A program made the translations under genes and the position numbers. The notes under the pieces are model-generated. The model did not search any database. It was given only the letters and a program-made list of their open reading frames with translations, and was not told the origin of the DNA. A DNA stretch of 62,928 nucleotides, counting the filler, from Octopus bimaculoides (Eukaryota): assembly GCF_001194135.2 (NCBI RefSeq). It is 7 parts of 6 records of this genome, joined end to end, with 100 filler letters (N's around TTAATTAATTAA, not from the genome) between each part and the next. Parts side by side here need not be neighbours in the genome. Positions count along the whole stretch, not along the records: positions 1 to 21,376 come from NC_068999.1; 6 more parts are not named here. One strand, given 5' to 3'. Shown here one piece after another: positions 1 through 11,644 of this stretch (positions are counted from its first letter, which is position 1; each line of letters begins with the position of its first letter).

Positions 1-247
1 ACATATCTGTATCTCTAGATCCTGTTGTGTTTCGATTTCTTTCTCTTTCCTTCTCATTCTCATTCTCTCTACCTCTGCCTTATCTCTCACTCCCTCACTC
101 CGTGTGCGTGTATGTATGTCTCGTGTGTACGCGCGCATGTAAGTAATGTAAACCACTACATCAATATGACTGTTTTATATTAAGGAAAAATAAAGGGGGG
201 GGGGACAAATAGTTTTCCTTGGCCTATTTTTCTTATTATCCTGATTA

Positions 248-420
248 ATAACCGATGTTGGTGTGTTTACGTCCCATAACTTAGCGGCTCGGCATAAGAC
301 ACTGATCCAATAAGTACTAGGCTTACAAAGAATAAATCCTGCGGTCGATTTGTTCGACTAAAGGGGTTGCTCTAGCATGGCCGCAGTCAAATGAGTGAAA
401 CAAATATAAAAATAAAAGAA
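248..420 (+). mobile_element. tRNA-derived SINE family B, 3' half
   Basis: Contains aataagtactaggcttacaaagaataa...ggtcgatttgttcgactaaag...agcatggccgcagtcaaatga, matching the 3' half of the copies at 28062 and 46101. Confidence 0.85.
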
Positions 421-448
421 CATTTCTCTCTCTCTCTCTCTCTCTCTG

Positions 449-501
<53 letters not shown>

Positions 502-901
502 GTGTGTGTGTAATTTAAGATTAGGTAAAATCAAAGCCAAAGCTCCAAAAAATCCATAAAATGTACGATAAACATACACACGAGCAATGCAATTAACATT
601 TCAGAAATAAGCTTACCTCTGATTGGAATACATAAAGATAAGTAATACATATTTCAGTACCAACTGATTTCACGCTTTGTATGATAAACATGTTTTGCAA
701 TCTTTANNNNNNNNNNNNNNNNNNNNNNNNNNNNNNNNNNNNNNNNNNNNNNNNNNNNNNNNNNNNNNNNNNNNNNNNNNNNNNNNNNNNNNNNNNNNNN
801 NNNNNNNNNNNNNNNNNNNNNNNNNNNNNNNNNNNNNNNNNNNNNNNNNNNNNNNNNNNNNNNNNNNNNNNNNNNNNNNNNNNNNNNNNNNNNNNNNNNN
901 N

Positions 902-970
902 AAAGTGAGAAAGTCTTTTTACGTTTCGAGCCTACACACTTCAACAGAAAGGAACACGAGGAAATAAAAA
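902..970 (-). mobile_element. Short repeat end with hammerhead-like core (Penelope-type terminus), truncated by gap
   Basis: Minus strand reads cttt-CTGTTGA-a-gtgt-gtag-gctc-GAAAC-GTA-aaaag. Confidence 0.45.
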
Positions 971-1003
971 GAGTATGAATTAAAAAAAAAACTTTTGGAG
1001 TTA

Positions 1004-1496
1004 TCAGTGAATTGCATCGGTTTTTAAGCCGCAGGGTCGAATTTGATGAAAAATATTGGTTTTGTCCACACATAAAGCGTACCGGTGTTTAAAAGTCCTA
1101 TTGATCTACGTGTCCGCAACTAGCTTTTTTTGTTATTGACGTTTATGTAGTTTCAAAATGCCTTATTTTACAACTATGAGATGTGTTGTTATTGTTATGA
1201 TTTTATCTTACTAAACACATTTCGTCAATATGAAAGTCTTTATTAGATTGAAAATAACAAATAACAAATGTGCTTGTTTTCTTCAGGGCACCAAAGTACT
1301 GTAGCAGTAGTCTTTCAGGTTGTTCACTGACCGAACTTTCCTCTGAAAAAATCAGTGGAATCATTCGGTTTCCGTACACAAATTATTTTCCTCTTGAGAC
1401 TGATAAAAAATGCACACGTTAGGCGCACCTTTCTCCATGCCGCACACTAAATTTCCCAGGTAAAAAATATCGGCTTATACACCGGAAAATACGGTA
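1004..1496. mobile_element. pogo/Tigger-like non-autonomous DNA transposon
   Basis: Right end ggcttatacaccggaaaatacgg followed by TA; degenerate left end cagtgaattgcatcggtttttaagccgca; no ORF. Confidence 0.5.
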
Positions 1497-1525
1497 TATA
1501 TGTATATATCTTTATACGCACACAT

Positions 1526-1558
<33 letters not shown>

Positions 1559-2419
1559 CGAAAAGGAAATTGGCACTAATCACTGATGAAAAATAAAGAC
1601 GAGGTGCAATGATTTTGATCATATTAGTTATAATCGGTGAAAACCGAACTGATTTCAGCCGCGACAATTTATTTTAAATGATTTATTAATTTGTAATTAA
1701 ACTTGATATATTTACATTCCCTCCAGCACACCGTATAATAATAAAACACTCTATATAATATCTGAGGTTTATTTTGACTGTTAGTGTTGTAAGAGAAAAA
1801 CGATTTGATTTATATTTCTATCTTTCTAGAATATATTTTCATTAAAAAAAATATATTAATTCCTTGTTCATTATGTCATTAATTATATCTGAACTTGTGA
1901 ATACGCCGTTAGAATGTTTGGCAGTAGAGTCAAATGAAATTTAGTTTGTTGCAATAAATCATATCTGGCAGATCCTTGCGGGAGGAAACCTATTTATGAT
2001 GCGAATTCATGAAAGAGTAAATTTCATTTATTTAATATAGTTTACTGATTTCAAGATGATCGTGAGCAGCTGTTCTATGTCCAATTAGTGAGAATATTCT
2101 GAATATGTCTCATAAAAACACAACGTCGTTATAGCGTTATATCGTCATATTTTACATCTTGGCTATTAGACTATTAAGAGCACTTCAGAGCACTTGCTTG
2201 CCGAAATGCTACAGAATGTCAAACAAGACGGCATTCACTTATTTCGGTCACGTGCCTCGTTATTTCAGCTACACATCATATTTCGGGAATCATTAAGATG
2301 TTCAAGATTCGGGGACAATTAAAATCAGTATCAGGATGTAATTGAATCGTTCAGTATTTAGTCAATTAAAATCCGTATATGAAGTAAGACGTGGTGGTCA
2401 TCCAACTGTAATAAAATTG

Positions 2420-2612
2420 ATTTCAAATTTTGGCACAAGGCCAGCAATTTCGGTAGCTGGGGTTAGACGATTACATCAACCTCAGTATCCGACTGGTACT
2501 TAATTTATCGACTCCGAAACGATGAAAAGCAAAGTCGACCATGGCGGAATTTGAACTCAGAACGTAAAGACGGACGAAATGTTGGTACGCGTTTAACCCA
2601 GCGCGGTAACTA
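2420..2612 (-). mobile_element. tRNA-derived SINE family A
   Basis: Reverse complement of the B-box gagttcaaattccgcc and the body tcgataaattaagtaccag, as in the copy at 8881. Confidence 0.85.
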
Positions 2613-2667
2613 ACTGAATTCGTATTACAGACACCCTTATACACTCACACACTCGCATATGTATAGG

Positions 2668-2703
<36 letters not shown>

Positions 2704-3967
2704 CATTTATATATTTATATTTAGTTATCACCATATTTACCTCTTTATTATATATATGTATATATATATATTCATACATACACACACACACACACACACA
2801 CGCACACACATATATATATATATTAATAAAGAGAGGGATTTGTTTACATACATATATCGGTATGCATGTGTGTGCGTGTGGTGTGAGTGTGTATGCATTT
2901 ATGTATGTGTGTGTGTATTATAGATATTACGGATGAGAGATGATGTAGTGAAGCATATTTACACCCAGGTATAATAAGTAAAACAAAAAGAACAAAAAAC
3001 AAAAGAAAAACTATTGGAGTTACAAGGTCCAATTAGTTGACCTGAAGGATGATGGGATTGATGGGAATGTAATGAATGTGACGAGTGGTATGAATGTCGA
3101 ATGGATGACATTGATTAGGTCATCATTTCCTGTGATGAGTGCGAAGGCGACGATGATAGGTTGGTAATGACTTGGTGAGCGGTAGAAGGAACGAAATTAA
3201 GAGATCTTGGAATCTCTGGACCATGAGTAGCTATGAGTGGCGAGAAAGGTGTGGGATACATGAAGCCTATAAAATGCGGGTGACAGTCAAACAACCGATG
3301 GCGTCTGGAGGTTTCTGGAGAATGGCAGAAATATTTGGTTGGTTTAGAAGAATGTACAACCGAGATATTGAGCTAGAAGAAAGAAACAAAACCTTATTGT
3401 AGTTGAGAGAGTGTAACGATGAACATTTGGATTCTAAATACTCGAATGCATAAGATTTGATGGTGTTGTTTCATTATTCATCAGAATAGACGGGGATCAG
3501 CTATTTGAGGTTTAGCATGTGCAGCTTGCAGTATTGTGAGCAGCTTGAATTGTTGCACTAAATATGCAGAACTGTAGCTGCAGCCTTCAATGTGTTAATT
3601 CTCCCAGTCACATTAAACCCGATAATAGATTAACCACTTTGCTTCTATTTCATAAGACGTTTTGATGCTGGTTGCGTTAGAGCTGGTTGCGTTAGAGCTG
3701 GTTGCTGTTTCTAGCATCACTGTTAAGATGTAACGGTACAATTGTTGGCTGGAGAGGTTTCCGCTATTAGTAGGATCTACTTGATGAGTGTAAGGATATC
3801 ATAATAATCCAAGTATGTTCTCAGAAAGACAGAATAGTTCCGCTATGTCTCGTTTCTCCTATCACGACATCTACCACATTATTGCTGTTGTTGCTTTCAT
3901 TTTATATGCTGGCCACTAATAAAATTTAGTAAAACAGTTTTATCCTCTACTATTGCATGTATGTATA

Positions 3968-4614
3968 CAGAGTGACCCAAAGGTCACTGATGGGTTTTAA
4001 TTTTTAATAACCTCTTTAACTTAATAAATAAATGCTTGGAAGTTTGATACAATATAAAGGAAATAATAGAAATTAATACGCAGAAGTCAAATTTTGTAAC
4101 ACTACTGCATCGTATATGAAAAATGATATCGCTTAAATGGCAGCTATTTTCGGATTCGCACACCCGTGCTCTTTCCAGAACTTGCACCCTCAAGAGTTTC
4201 AGACAACACGGCTCTGATTTCTCTATTGATGTTCTCCTTCAGTTGCACCGGGGTCTCCGGTTTATTGACGTAAACTTTCTCTTTCAGGTATCCCCACAAG
4301 AAAAATTCCTGGCTAGTCAAGTCTGGGGGACGTGAAGGTCATTCAAAGTAGACGTCACTCATGATTCCAGCAAGATGAGGAAACTGCACATACCGCAATA
4401 GAAACAACGCAGATGCTACAGCAGTTGTTTGAAGAGAGCATAATCTCCCGCCACAGTAATGTCAACTGGCCTTCACGATGTCATTTTTCAATTTAACTTC
4501 TGTATATTAATTTCCCATTATGTCTTTTATATTGCATTAAAATTTCATGCATTTATTTATAAAGTTAAAGACGTTATTAGAAGTTAAAACCCATCAGTGA
4601 CCTTTGAGACGCTC
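3968..4614 (-). mobile_element. Internally deleted Tc1/mariner transposon with long TIRs
   Basis: About 65-bp TIRs: TA|cagagtgacccaaaggtcactgatgggttttaa... versus ...ttaaaacccatcagtgacctttgagacgctc. Minus strand near 4130-4345 encodes PSRPPDLTSQEFFLWGYLKEKVYVNKP, the SPDLxPxDFFLWGYLK transposase C-terminal motif. Confidence 0.9.
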
Positions 4615-4617
4615 ATT

Positions 4618-4710
4618 TTCTCACACCGTCTCCGATGAAGCAATATATAAAATATCCCGGAAACAACTGTAAGACATTCTCTTTATAAATGTTCTGAAAT
4701 CTTTCACAGC
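4618..4710 (+). mobile_element. Short repeat with hammerhead-like core (Penelope-type terminus)
   Basis: gtct-CCGATGA-a-gcaatat-ataaa-atatccc-g-GAAAC-aact-GTA-agac. Confidence 0.5.
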
Positions 4711-4751
4711 ATTGGATTTTTATCTCATTCTGTTAATTTTATGTACACACA

Positions 4752-4782
<31 letters not shown>

Positions 4783-5362
4783 TCCTCCCATATATATATA
4801 NNNNNNNNNNNNNNNNNNNNNNNNNNNNNNNNNNNNNNNNNNNNNNNNNNNNNNNNNNNNNNNNNNNNNNNNNNNNNNNNNNNNNNNNNNNNNNNNNNNN
4901 NNNNNNNNNNNNNNNNNNNNNNNNNNNNNNNNNNNNNNNNNNNNNNNNNNNNNNNNNNNNNNNNNNNNNNNNNNNNNNNNNNNNNNNNNNNNNNNNNNNN
5001 NNNNNNNNNNNNNNNNNNNNNNNNNNNNNNNNNNNNNNNNNNNNNNNNNNNNNNNNNNNNNNNNNNNNNNNNNNNNNNNNNNNNNNNNNNNNNNNNNNNN
5101 NNNNNNNNNNNNNNNNNNNNNNNNNNNNNNNNNNNNNNNNNNNNNNNNNNNNNNNNNNNNNNNNNNNNNNNNNNNNNNNNNNNNNNNNNNNNNNNNNNNN
5201 NNNNNNNNNNNNNNNNNNNNNNNNNNNNNNNNNNNNNNNNNNNNNNNNNNNNNNNNNNNNNNNNNNNNNNNNNNNNNNNNNNNNNNNNNNNNNNNNNNNN
5301 NNNNNNNNNNNNNNNNNNNNNNNNNNNNNNNNNNNNNNNNNNNNNNNNNNNNNNNNNNNNNN

Positions 5363-5393
<31 letters not shown>

Positions 5394-5899
5394 CACACAT
5401 GTATGTATGTGCCAATGTTTAGCATGTGTGCGTGTATGCATACATAATCAAATGCAAACGATTAATGGCAGACTTTAGTTTATGACAGGGAAACTCAGTA
5501 AACGTTATGCTTATTGTTTTTTTACTGAACGCTTTCTTCTCTCCCATTCTGATAATTATCAAACAAGTCTGTGTGTAAAAGAGAAGTAATCAAATTTACA
5601 GGAAACGATAATTAAATCTCCACACGATATGAAGATTTACAATTGAAATAATATTCTATAAATAACACTTGGAATTTTAATATGATATTGTACCGCATAC
5701 AAATCACTGTTGCAGATAATAGAATGGAGTGTTTCGATAGAGAAACGGATGAGTGAGAGCGTAAATTGCATCACAAAGTTGATGTATTGAATTTCGTAGC
5801 TCGTCTGTCCTTTTGCACCATGACTTCCTTATCTGATAGGGTCAACTGTCATAGCATTGTGCATAAGCAGAGTATGTTAAAAACCTATTCTGTAATATC

Positions 5900-6160
5900 T
5901 CTATCGTACTGCGGTTAAAGTAGAATCGGAGATACTATTTAAACACCACTTCTTTAAAATTCATCTGACCTTGCACCATCTGATTTATATCTTTGCCTCT
6001 ACAAAATGATAGGGAAAATATTTTCTCAGGAAGATCGGGTGAAAACGTAAGTGGAAAGCTTCTTCATGTCGACGCCGACTGAATTTTACTTGAGAGGAAT
6101 CAAAAAGCTACCTGATAAATGACAAGAGGTCATTCAAAACAATGGCAACTATACTGATAA
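5900..6160 (+). mobile_element. mariner transposase C-terminal remnant
   Basis: With frameshifts reads DLAPSDLYL...EDRVKT*VESFFMSTPTEFYLRGIKKLPDK*QEVIQNNGNYTD*, a typical mariner C-terminus. Confidence 0.85.
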
Positions 6161-6697
6161 CACTGGTCAACTATTTTGGAAAAGTTGTGTGCTTCTTAAA
6201 TGAGATTAGTTAATTCTTATGTTTTTCATGTCTTGAATCCAGATATCACCTGGAAAAATACACACTAGCTATGGGCATAAACACACACGACATGTAATAT
6301 TTGATTATTTTATAATAACGTGCAATATATGTCATTATGTTTTAAGCTCTATTCCGTATCTACTCTCTGCCTTTTCGCTTGACGTGTAGAGTGAGCTGAA
6401 GAATCACCTCTTGCCAATGTCCAGCTATTGTCTGCAAGCATTGTTGTACGCTATTTACTCTGGTACCGCTTTTCCATGGTTGAAATATCGTTGGTGAAAT
6501 CTTTCACTAACTGCCCTACAGTTCGCCGGAAAAACTCCTATCTTGGTCGCCAATCTTGCACCCAAAATATAGATGATACGCCTTTCTAACCATAGCAGTT
6601 ATACGGAGCTTCTGTAATGCAAAGGCCACCTCACCACAAATGTAGCAGAAGTTGTCTGCCTTATTCACACAAGTGCGAGACTTCTGAAAGCCAAAAA
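6161..6697 (-). mobile_element. Internally deleted Chapaev3-like (CMC) DNA transposon
   Basis: Minus strand: N-terminal CVNKADNFCYICGEV...KAYHLYFGCKIGDQD joined to C-terminal ERFHQDISTMEKRYQSK*RTTMLADNSWTL; terminus ...atagttgaccagtg at 6161. Confidence 0.8.
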
Positions 6698-6709
6698 AAA
6701 AAAAAAAGT

Positions 6710-7040
6710 CAACATTCTCACAAGACACAATAATAGTATTGACTATTTGATTTATAATTAATCACCTATCATCCATCACCATGTGTTGAAAACGATCAAT
6801 TTCTTCCTCAGTGGTGGCAGTTGCAGGACATCCAGACCTTGAGCCATCTTCGAGATTCTCTATTCCCTTCATAAATTCAGTTTCTCACTCTTGCATTGTT
6901 AATAAAGCTGGAACATCATCCCCGAATGTAGCAAGCATGTCAACATGAACTCCGTGGGGTCTAAATCCTTTTGTTCTGCCTATGCTTAATGACACCCTGA
7001 TGAAAAATTGCCTCCCCTTTCAAGAGAACTAGCTACTTAT
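6710..7040 (-). mobile_element. mariner transposase N-terminal (HTH) remnant
   Basis: Minus strand with frameshifts: HQGVIKH...KGLDPTEFHVDMLATFGDDVPALLTMQE*ETEFMKGIENLEDGSRSGCPATATTEEEIDRFQHMVMDDR. Confidence 0.85.
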
Positions 7041-7794
7041 TACTTTTGAACTCTTATTGAATAGTCGGTTGTCGGTTTATCTGGAGAAAAACAATACAGT
7101 TATTAATAAGAAGGTTTGAAATGAATGCACGCAAATATTTCACGACTTCAGCATTCATATGTATACGTGAGCAGCTCTCAAGTACTTTCTTAATAGTTCA
7201 TTCCTTTCATCAGATTACACTACTGGATGAAAATAGAAAACAACAAAGAAAAACATACGTAACGTCTCGAGGCGCTCATATCCTTCCATCAGTCGACCTT
7301 TACACCTACTCGAACGGAACTGCTAACATTTTACAATAATTGGAAAGCGCTATAAAATTGTGAGGGTAATGCTTGGTTTCGATGATTATAATGGTTAATT
7401 GGTTGCGCTGATCTCTCCGTCCAAGTATATCTAAATATCACTGACTTCGTAGATTATCACTGCCCATTCTAGTTGAACATTACAGGAATCGAAATGCTCT
7501 CCAAGACATGCTCAGAGCAAGGAAACTGTTCTGAACCACCAAGAAGAGTGACTGAGCAGCTGGAGGTAATTGGCAGCCAGCCTTGTTGTGCGGTCAGTTC
7601 TCAACCAGAGACCTAAGGCATGTATATATTAGATGGAGAGAAAATTCCTCAGAATGCGGGCAGTTGATATGAACGCAAGTTTTTTAGTTTCATAGATTAT
7701 TGGTTTCCCGTCGCACATTAGAGATGAAAAATGCACTCGAGTTGTCTGTTAAATCACAAGTGCCTCAAACAGATACATACAAACACATGTCTAT

Positions 7795-7922
7795 GTGTTT
7801 GTATGTATGTATGTATGTATGTATGTATGTATGTATGTATGTATCTATGTATGCATGCATGTATGTATGTATGTATGTATTAATGTATGTATGTATGCAT
7901 GTATGTATGTATGTATGCATGC

Positions 7923-7964
<42 letters not shown>

Positions 7965-7965
7965 G
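7795..7965. repeat. (TATG)n and (TATC)n microsatellites
   Basis: Direct inspection. Confidence 0.95.
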
Positions 7966-8017
7966 TTTATACAACTAAAAACAACACACGCATAGAGATA
8001 CATATTATTTTATCATT

Positions 8018-8019
<2 letters not shown>

Positions 8020-8057
<38 letters not shown>

Positions 8058-8126
8058 CCATCAACATCATCATCATCATCTTCATCATCATCATCACCAC
8101 CACCATCATCATCATCATCATCATCG

Positions 8127-8170
<44 letters not shown>

Positions 8171-8187
8171 GTCATCATCATCATCAT
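8020..8187. repeat. (ATC)n microsatellite
   Basis: Direct inspection; explains the poly-Ser and poly-Met ORFs. Confidence 0.95.
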
Positions 8188-8639
8188 TATTATTTTTATA
8201 TAAACATTTTCATTCCGATAACTATGGTGATTGAGACAATGATGACGATGACAACCATGACGACAACGATTACGATGTTGCTGCTGCCGTTGCTGAAGAT
8301 GGTGATGCCATCGAGGATAATAACCAATTTTCTTGCATACATGCCATGCAGAGAAGGCAACACAATCACAAGACCTCGATAATCATATAAAACAATTATT
8401 TGATTTATTTTTCCTTCTTTGTTTTCCTTTTCTCAGTTCAATAATAACACAACGTAAAGGCAACATATGCTGGCGTGTGCATAATAATAGCAATTTCTAC
8501 AACAATAATTATAACAATAACTACAACACCGACAATAAAAACAAAATCAATAATATAATAATAACATAAAAATAATATAATAATAACACTAGCAATATAA
8601 TATAATCATGAAGTTAAAAGTAATAACGCTAGTAATAAG

Positions 8640-8852
8640 GATTTCAAATTTTGGTACAATGCCAGCAACTTCGAGGGAGAAAATAAATCGATTACATCGA
8701 CCCCACTGTTCAACTGGTACTTAGTCTATTGATCCCTAAACGATGAAATGTAAATTCGACCTCGACGGAATATGAACACATAACGTAAAGACGTCCAAAA
8801 CGATGTTAAGCATTTTAACCCGCCGCGCTAACCATTCTGCCAGTTCGTCGCG
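8640..8852 (-). mobile_element. tRNA-derived SINE family A
   Basis: Reverse-complement match to the 8881 copy from head (ttctgccagttcgtcgc) to tail (caaattttggtacaatgcc). Confidence 0.85.
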
Positions 8853-8880
8853 TTAATTGTGATAGCAGAAATAACATTAA

Positions 8881-9112
8881 GGCGGCGAGCTGGCAGAAAC
8901 GTTAGCACGCCGGGCGAAATGCTTAGAGGTATTTCGTCTGCCGTTACTTTCTGAGTTCAAATTCCGCCGAGGCCGACTTTGCCTTTCATCCTTTCGGGGT
9001 CGATAAATTAAATACCAGTTACGTACTGGAGTCGATATAATCAACTTAATCTCTTTGTCTGTCCTTGTTTGTCCCCTCTATGTTTAGCCCCTTGTGGGCA
9101 GTAAAGAAATAA
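8881..9112 (+). mobile_element. tRNA-derived SINE family A, near full length
   Basis: Head ggcggcgagctggcagaaacgttagc (A-box-like), B-box gagttcaaattcc, tail agccccttgtgggcagtaaagaaat. Confidence 0.9.
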
Positions 9113-9312
9113 GAATCGTTAGCACGCTGGGCGAAATGCTGAACGGTGTTTCGTCTGTCTTTACTTTCTGAGTTCAAATTCCGCCGAGGTCAACTTTGCC
9201 TTTCATACTTTCAGGGTCGATAAATGTAGTACCAGTTGCATACTGAGGTCGATCTAATCGACTGGTCCCCTCCTCAAAAAATTCGAGCCTTGTGCTTAGA
9301 GTAAGGAAGAAT
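9113..9312 (+). mobile_element. tRNA-derived SINE family A, second adjacent copy with a different tail
   Basis: gaatcgttagcacgctgggcgaaatg...gagttcaaattccgccgagg...gagccttgtgcttagagta. Confidence 0.9.
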
Positions 9313-9331
9313 AATAATATTAATTAGCCAT

Positions 9332-9494
9332 TCTAGTATAGACACAATGCCTGAAATCTTTTTTGGGTGGGGGAGAGGGAATAATCGATTACATCCACCC
9401 CAGCGTTTGACTGGCATTTATTTCATAGATCCCGAATGATGAAAGGCAAAGTCGATATCGACGGAATTTGAACGGATGAAATTTCACTAAGCAT
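9332..9494 (-). mobile_element. tRNA-derived SINE family A, partial
   Basis: gatgaaaggcaaagtcga...cggaatttgaac, the reverse complement of the body. Confidence 0.8.
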
Positions 9495-11435
9495 NNNNNN
9501 NNNNGCTACTGCTGCTGCTACTGCTGCTGCTACTGCTGCTACTACTACTACTACTACTACTACTAATAATAATAATAATAAGACGATGATGATGAGGAGG
9601 AGGAGGAAGTGGAGGAGGAGAATGTCGACAATGATGATAATAAACGACCGCGTACAACCTCAGCCAACTCTCAAATATTTCTAAATGATAATTATATTTT
9701 CCTATTGCTGTGTATTATTCCCGGCGGTGTATGAATTTCCTAAACATTTCCGAATCCTCGTAACATTGGATGATGTTAGATGGTGGTCTTTTCTTTCGCT
9801 ATTTTAATTAATTTTCTTCTCATTATCCAAGCTTTCACGTCGTTTCTTGTCATTTTTACTAAGGGGTCTTTATTAAAGAGGATCGCAGATTTGTTGCTCA
9901 AACCAAATTAAACTGCATTGCATTATAACGCAATTATAATTGATTTATTTCTCTATTCTAATATCTCCAAAGACACTGCAACCAACGTTGAATGCATTAA
10001 TAAACCAAAAATATAAATAAAGCAGTAAATAAATATATAAATGAATAAGGCCGAGGGAATTGAGTGAATGAAAAACGTTGAGCATCACATAAAATCAACT
10101 GGTTTTTCGTGATTTTGTACAATTCTTCCCCACAGACATAACAAATATCTTCGAAAGAAGTACACACCATTAAGCTTTAAACAATTAATCATTCGTGACC
10201 GAACTCGATAGACACAACCATTTCATGCAGATTATAAAAAGAAAATGGCAAACGAAATAGTAATGTTAAGTGTTGAGTGTTAGAGAGTTAGTTAATCTTT
10301 TGTGATTTTCCTAACGATATAAAAATCAACTGATCTTCATATAGTTCGAGTGTTGTTGTGTTAGGTTTATACAGGAGACAATTAAAGCTCAAGTCACTTT
10401 TCATTTATAAAACAACTGAAAATGTTAGAGATAGGAATATTTTCACATCTGGTAAACTTAAATTTCCGTTTATTTGTATAACGTCCGTTGAATTTTGTAC
10501 ATTGTGTTTTCTGAACCTCCATAGACAATTGAACACATGTTTCCCTAAAATAGAGCGGCTGGCTTAGAAAATGAACACTTGTTGAACTCTTTCATGCATT
10601 TCAGAATAGATTATGAAACTATAATTACAAACGAGGTTACAGGTATGCACGCACCCAGGCAAGCACGGTCGCACATACGTTCACTCGTAACGTCTACGCG
10701 GTTTATGCCTCGTTTGATTGTCCCCTCATCGGAAAGAATGACAATGTACTTTTGTAATGGTCAAGATTTATAGCGTATCTGGCTCATGATTTTCTTCCTG
10801 GACTCTTGAATAATAGGACAATAGCTCTGAAGCTCGATGTAACAATGATAGAATGATGTCTTCAGATTATGATTCATTTATATATACCCAACCTCTCGGC
10901 TGAGAATTACACGTCCCAAGGCCTGGAAATCATACTATAGAACAATTCCCTTAGTACCACTAGTGGTACCACCTAGTACCTCTAGTGGGAACCTCAATTG
11001 TATACTCGATGCAAACTGAAAAGGAACGGTATGGAGGAAACCGTTAAAAGAAATGTTGCGCAAAAGTTTGGAATTATCAACTGCTTACGATTGCCATAGA
11101 GTTTTAAGCCAGCCAGTCTTCCATATAAAATAGATGGATTTTTCCTTATTGTCAATTTTAAACCTATACCTTGTTCTATTAAGGTCACTTGTAAGGGGTA
11201 CTAGGGCTGTGCAAAACATTAGAGGTGAATATAAGTTTTCTTGGAAAATACCACAGTTGATTCAGTTTGCCATTAGAGTGATGTAGATGGAAAATCGTAT
11301 TCCACATTGATATATCATGCTTCAGCAAGTTTGAAATTACAGGAGAAATTTTGAAGATGTCCAGCGATTTCAAGATCCATGAATACGGTATACTGTTGAA
11401 AGCCTTATTAATATTATAATTATTATTTGTTTTAA

Positions 11436-11620
11436 GGCGGACAGCGGGTAAAATCGTTAACTCCTCTCACAAATGCCTATCGGCATTTCGTCCGTCTTTA
11501 CGCTCTTGGTTCCAATTCCACCGAGTTTGGTTTTACCTTTCATCCTTAAGTACTTGAGTCGATGTAATCGACTTATCCACTTGATTTCAATTGCTGACCT
11601 TGTGCCAAATTTTGAAATAA
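11436..11620 (+). mobile_element. SINE family A, old copy
   Basis: ggcgg...aaatcgtta...catttcgtccgtctttacg...gtcgatgtaatcgact...ccttgtgccaaattttgaaa. Confidence 0.75.
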
Positions 11621-11644
11621 TTATCATAATTCTTATGATGGACA

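Noticed and set aside
3000-3900. Possible degenerate minus-strand LINE 3' region
   Set aside because: Only faint motif hints (HR…FYR); no ordered set of motifs I can defend.
7486-7565. AG/GT-bounded 80-nt open frame IEMLSKTCSEQGNCSEPPRRVTEQLE
   Set aside because: No recognisable homology and a weak polypyrimidine tract; compatible with chance.
10954-10969. 16-bp palindrome gtaccactagtggtac (another, gtgggggatcccccac, at 61484-61499)
   Set aside because: Short, isolated and within low-complexity context; no functional evidence.
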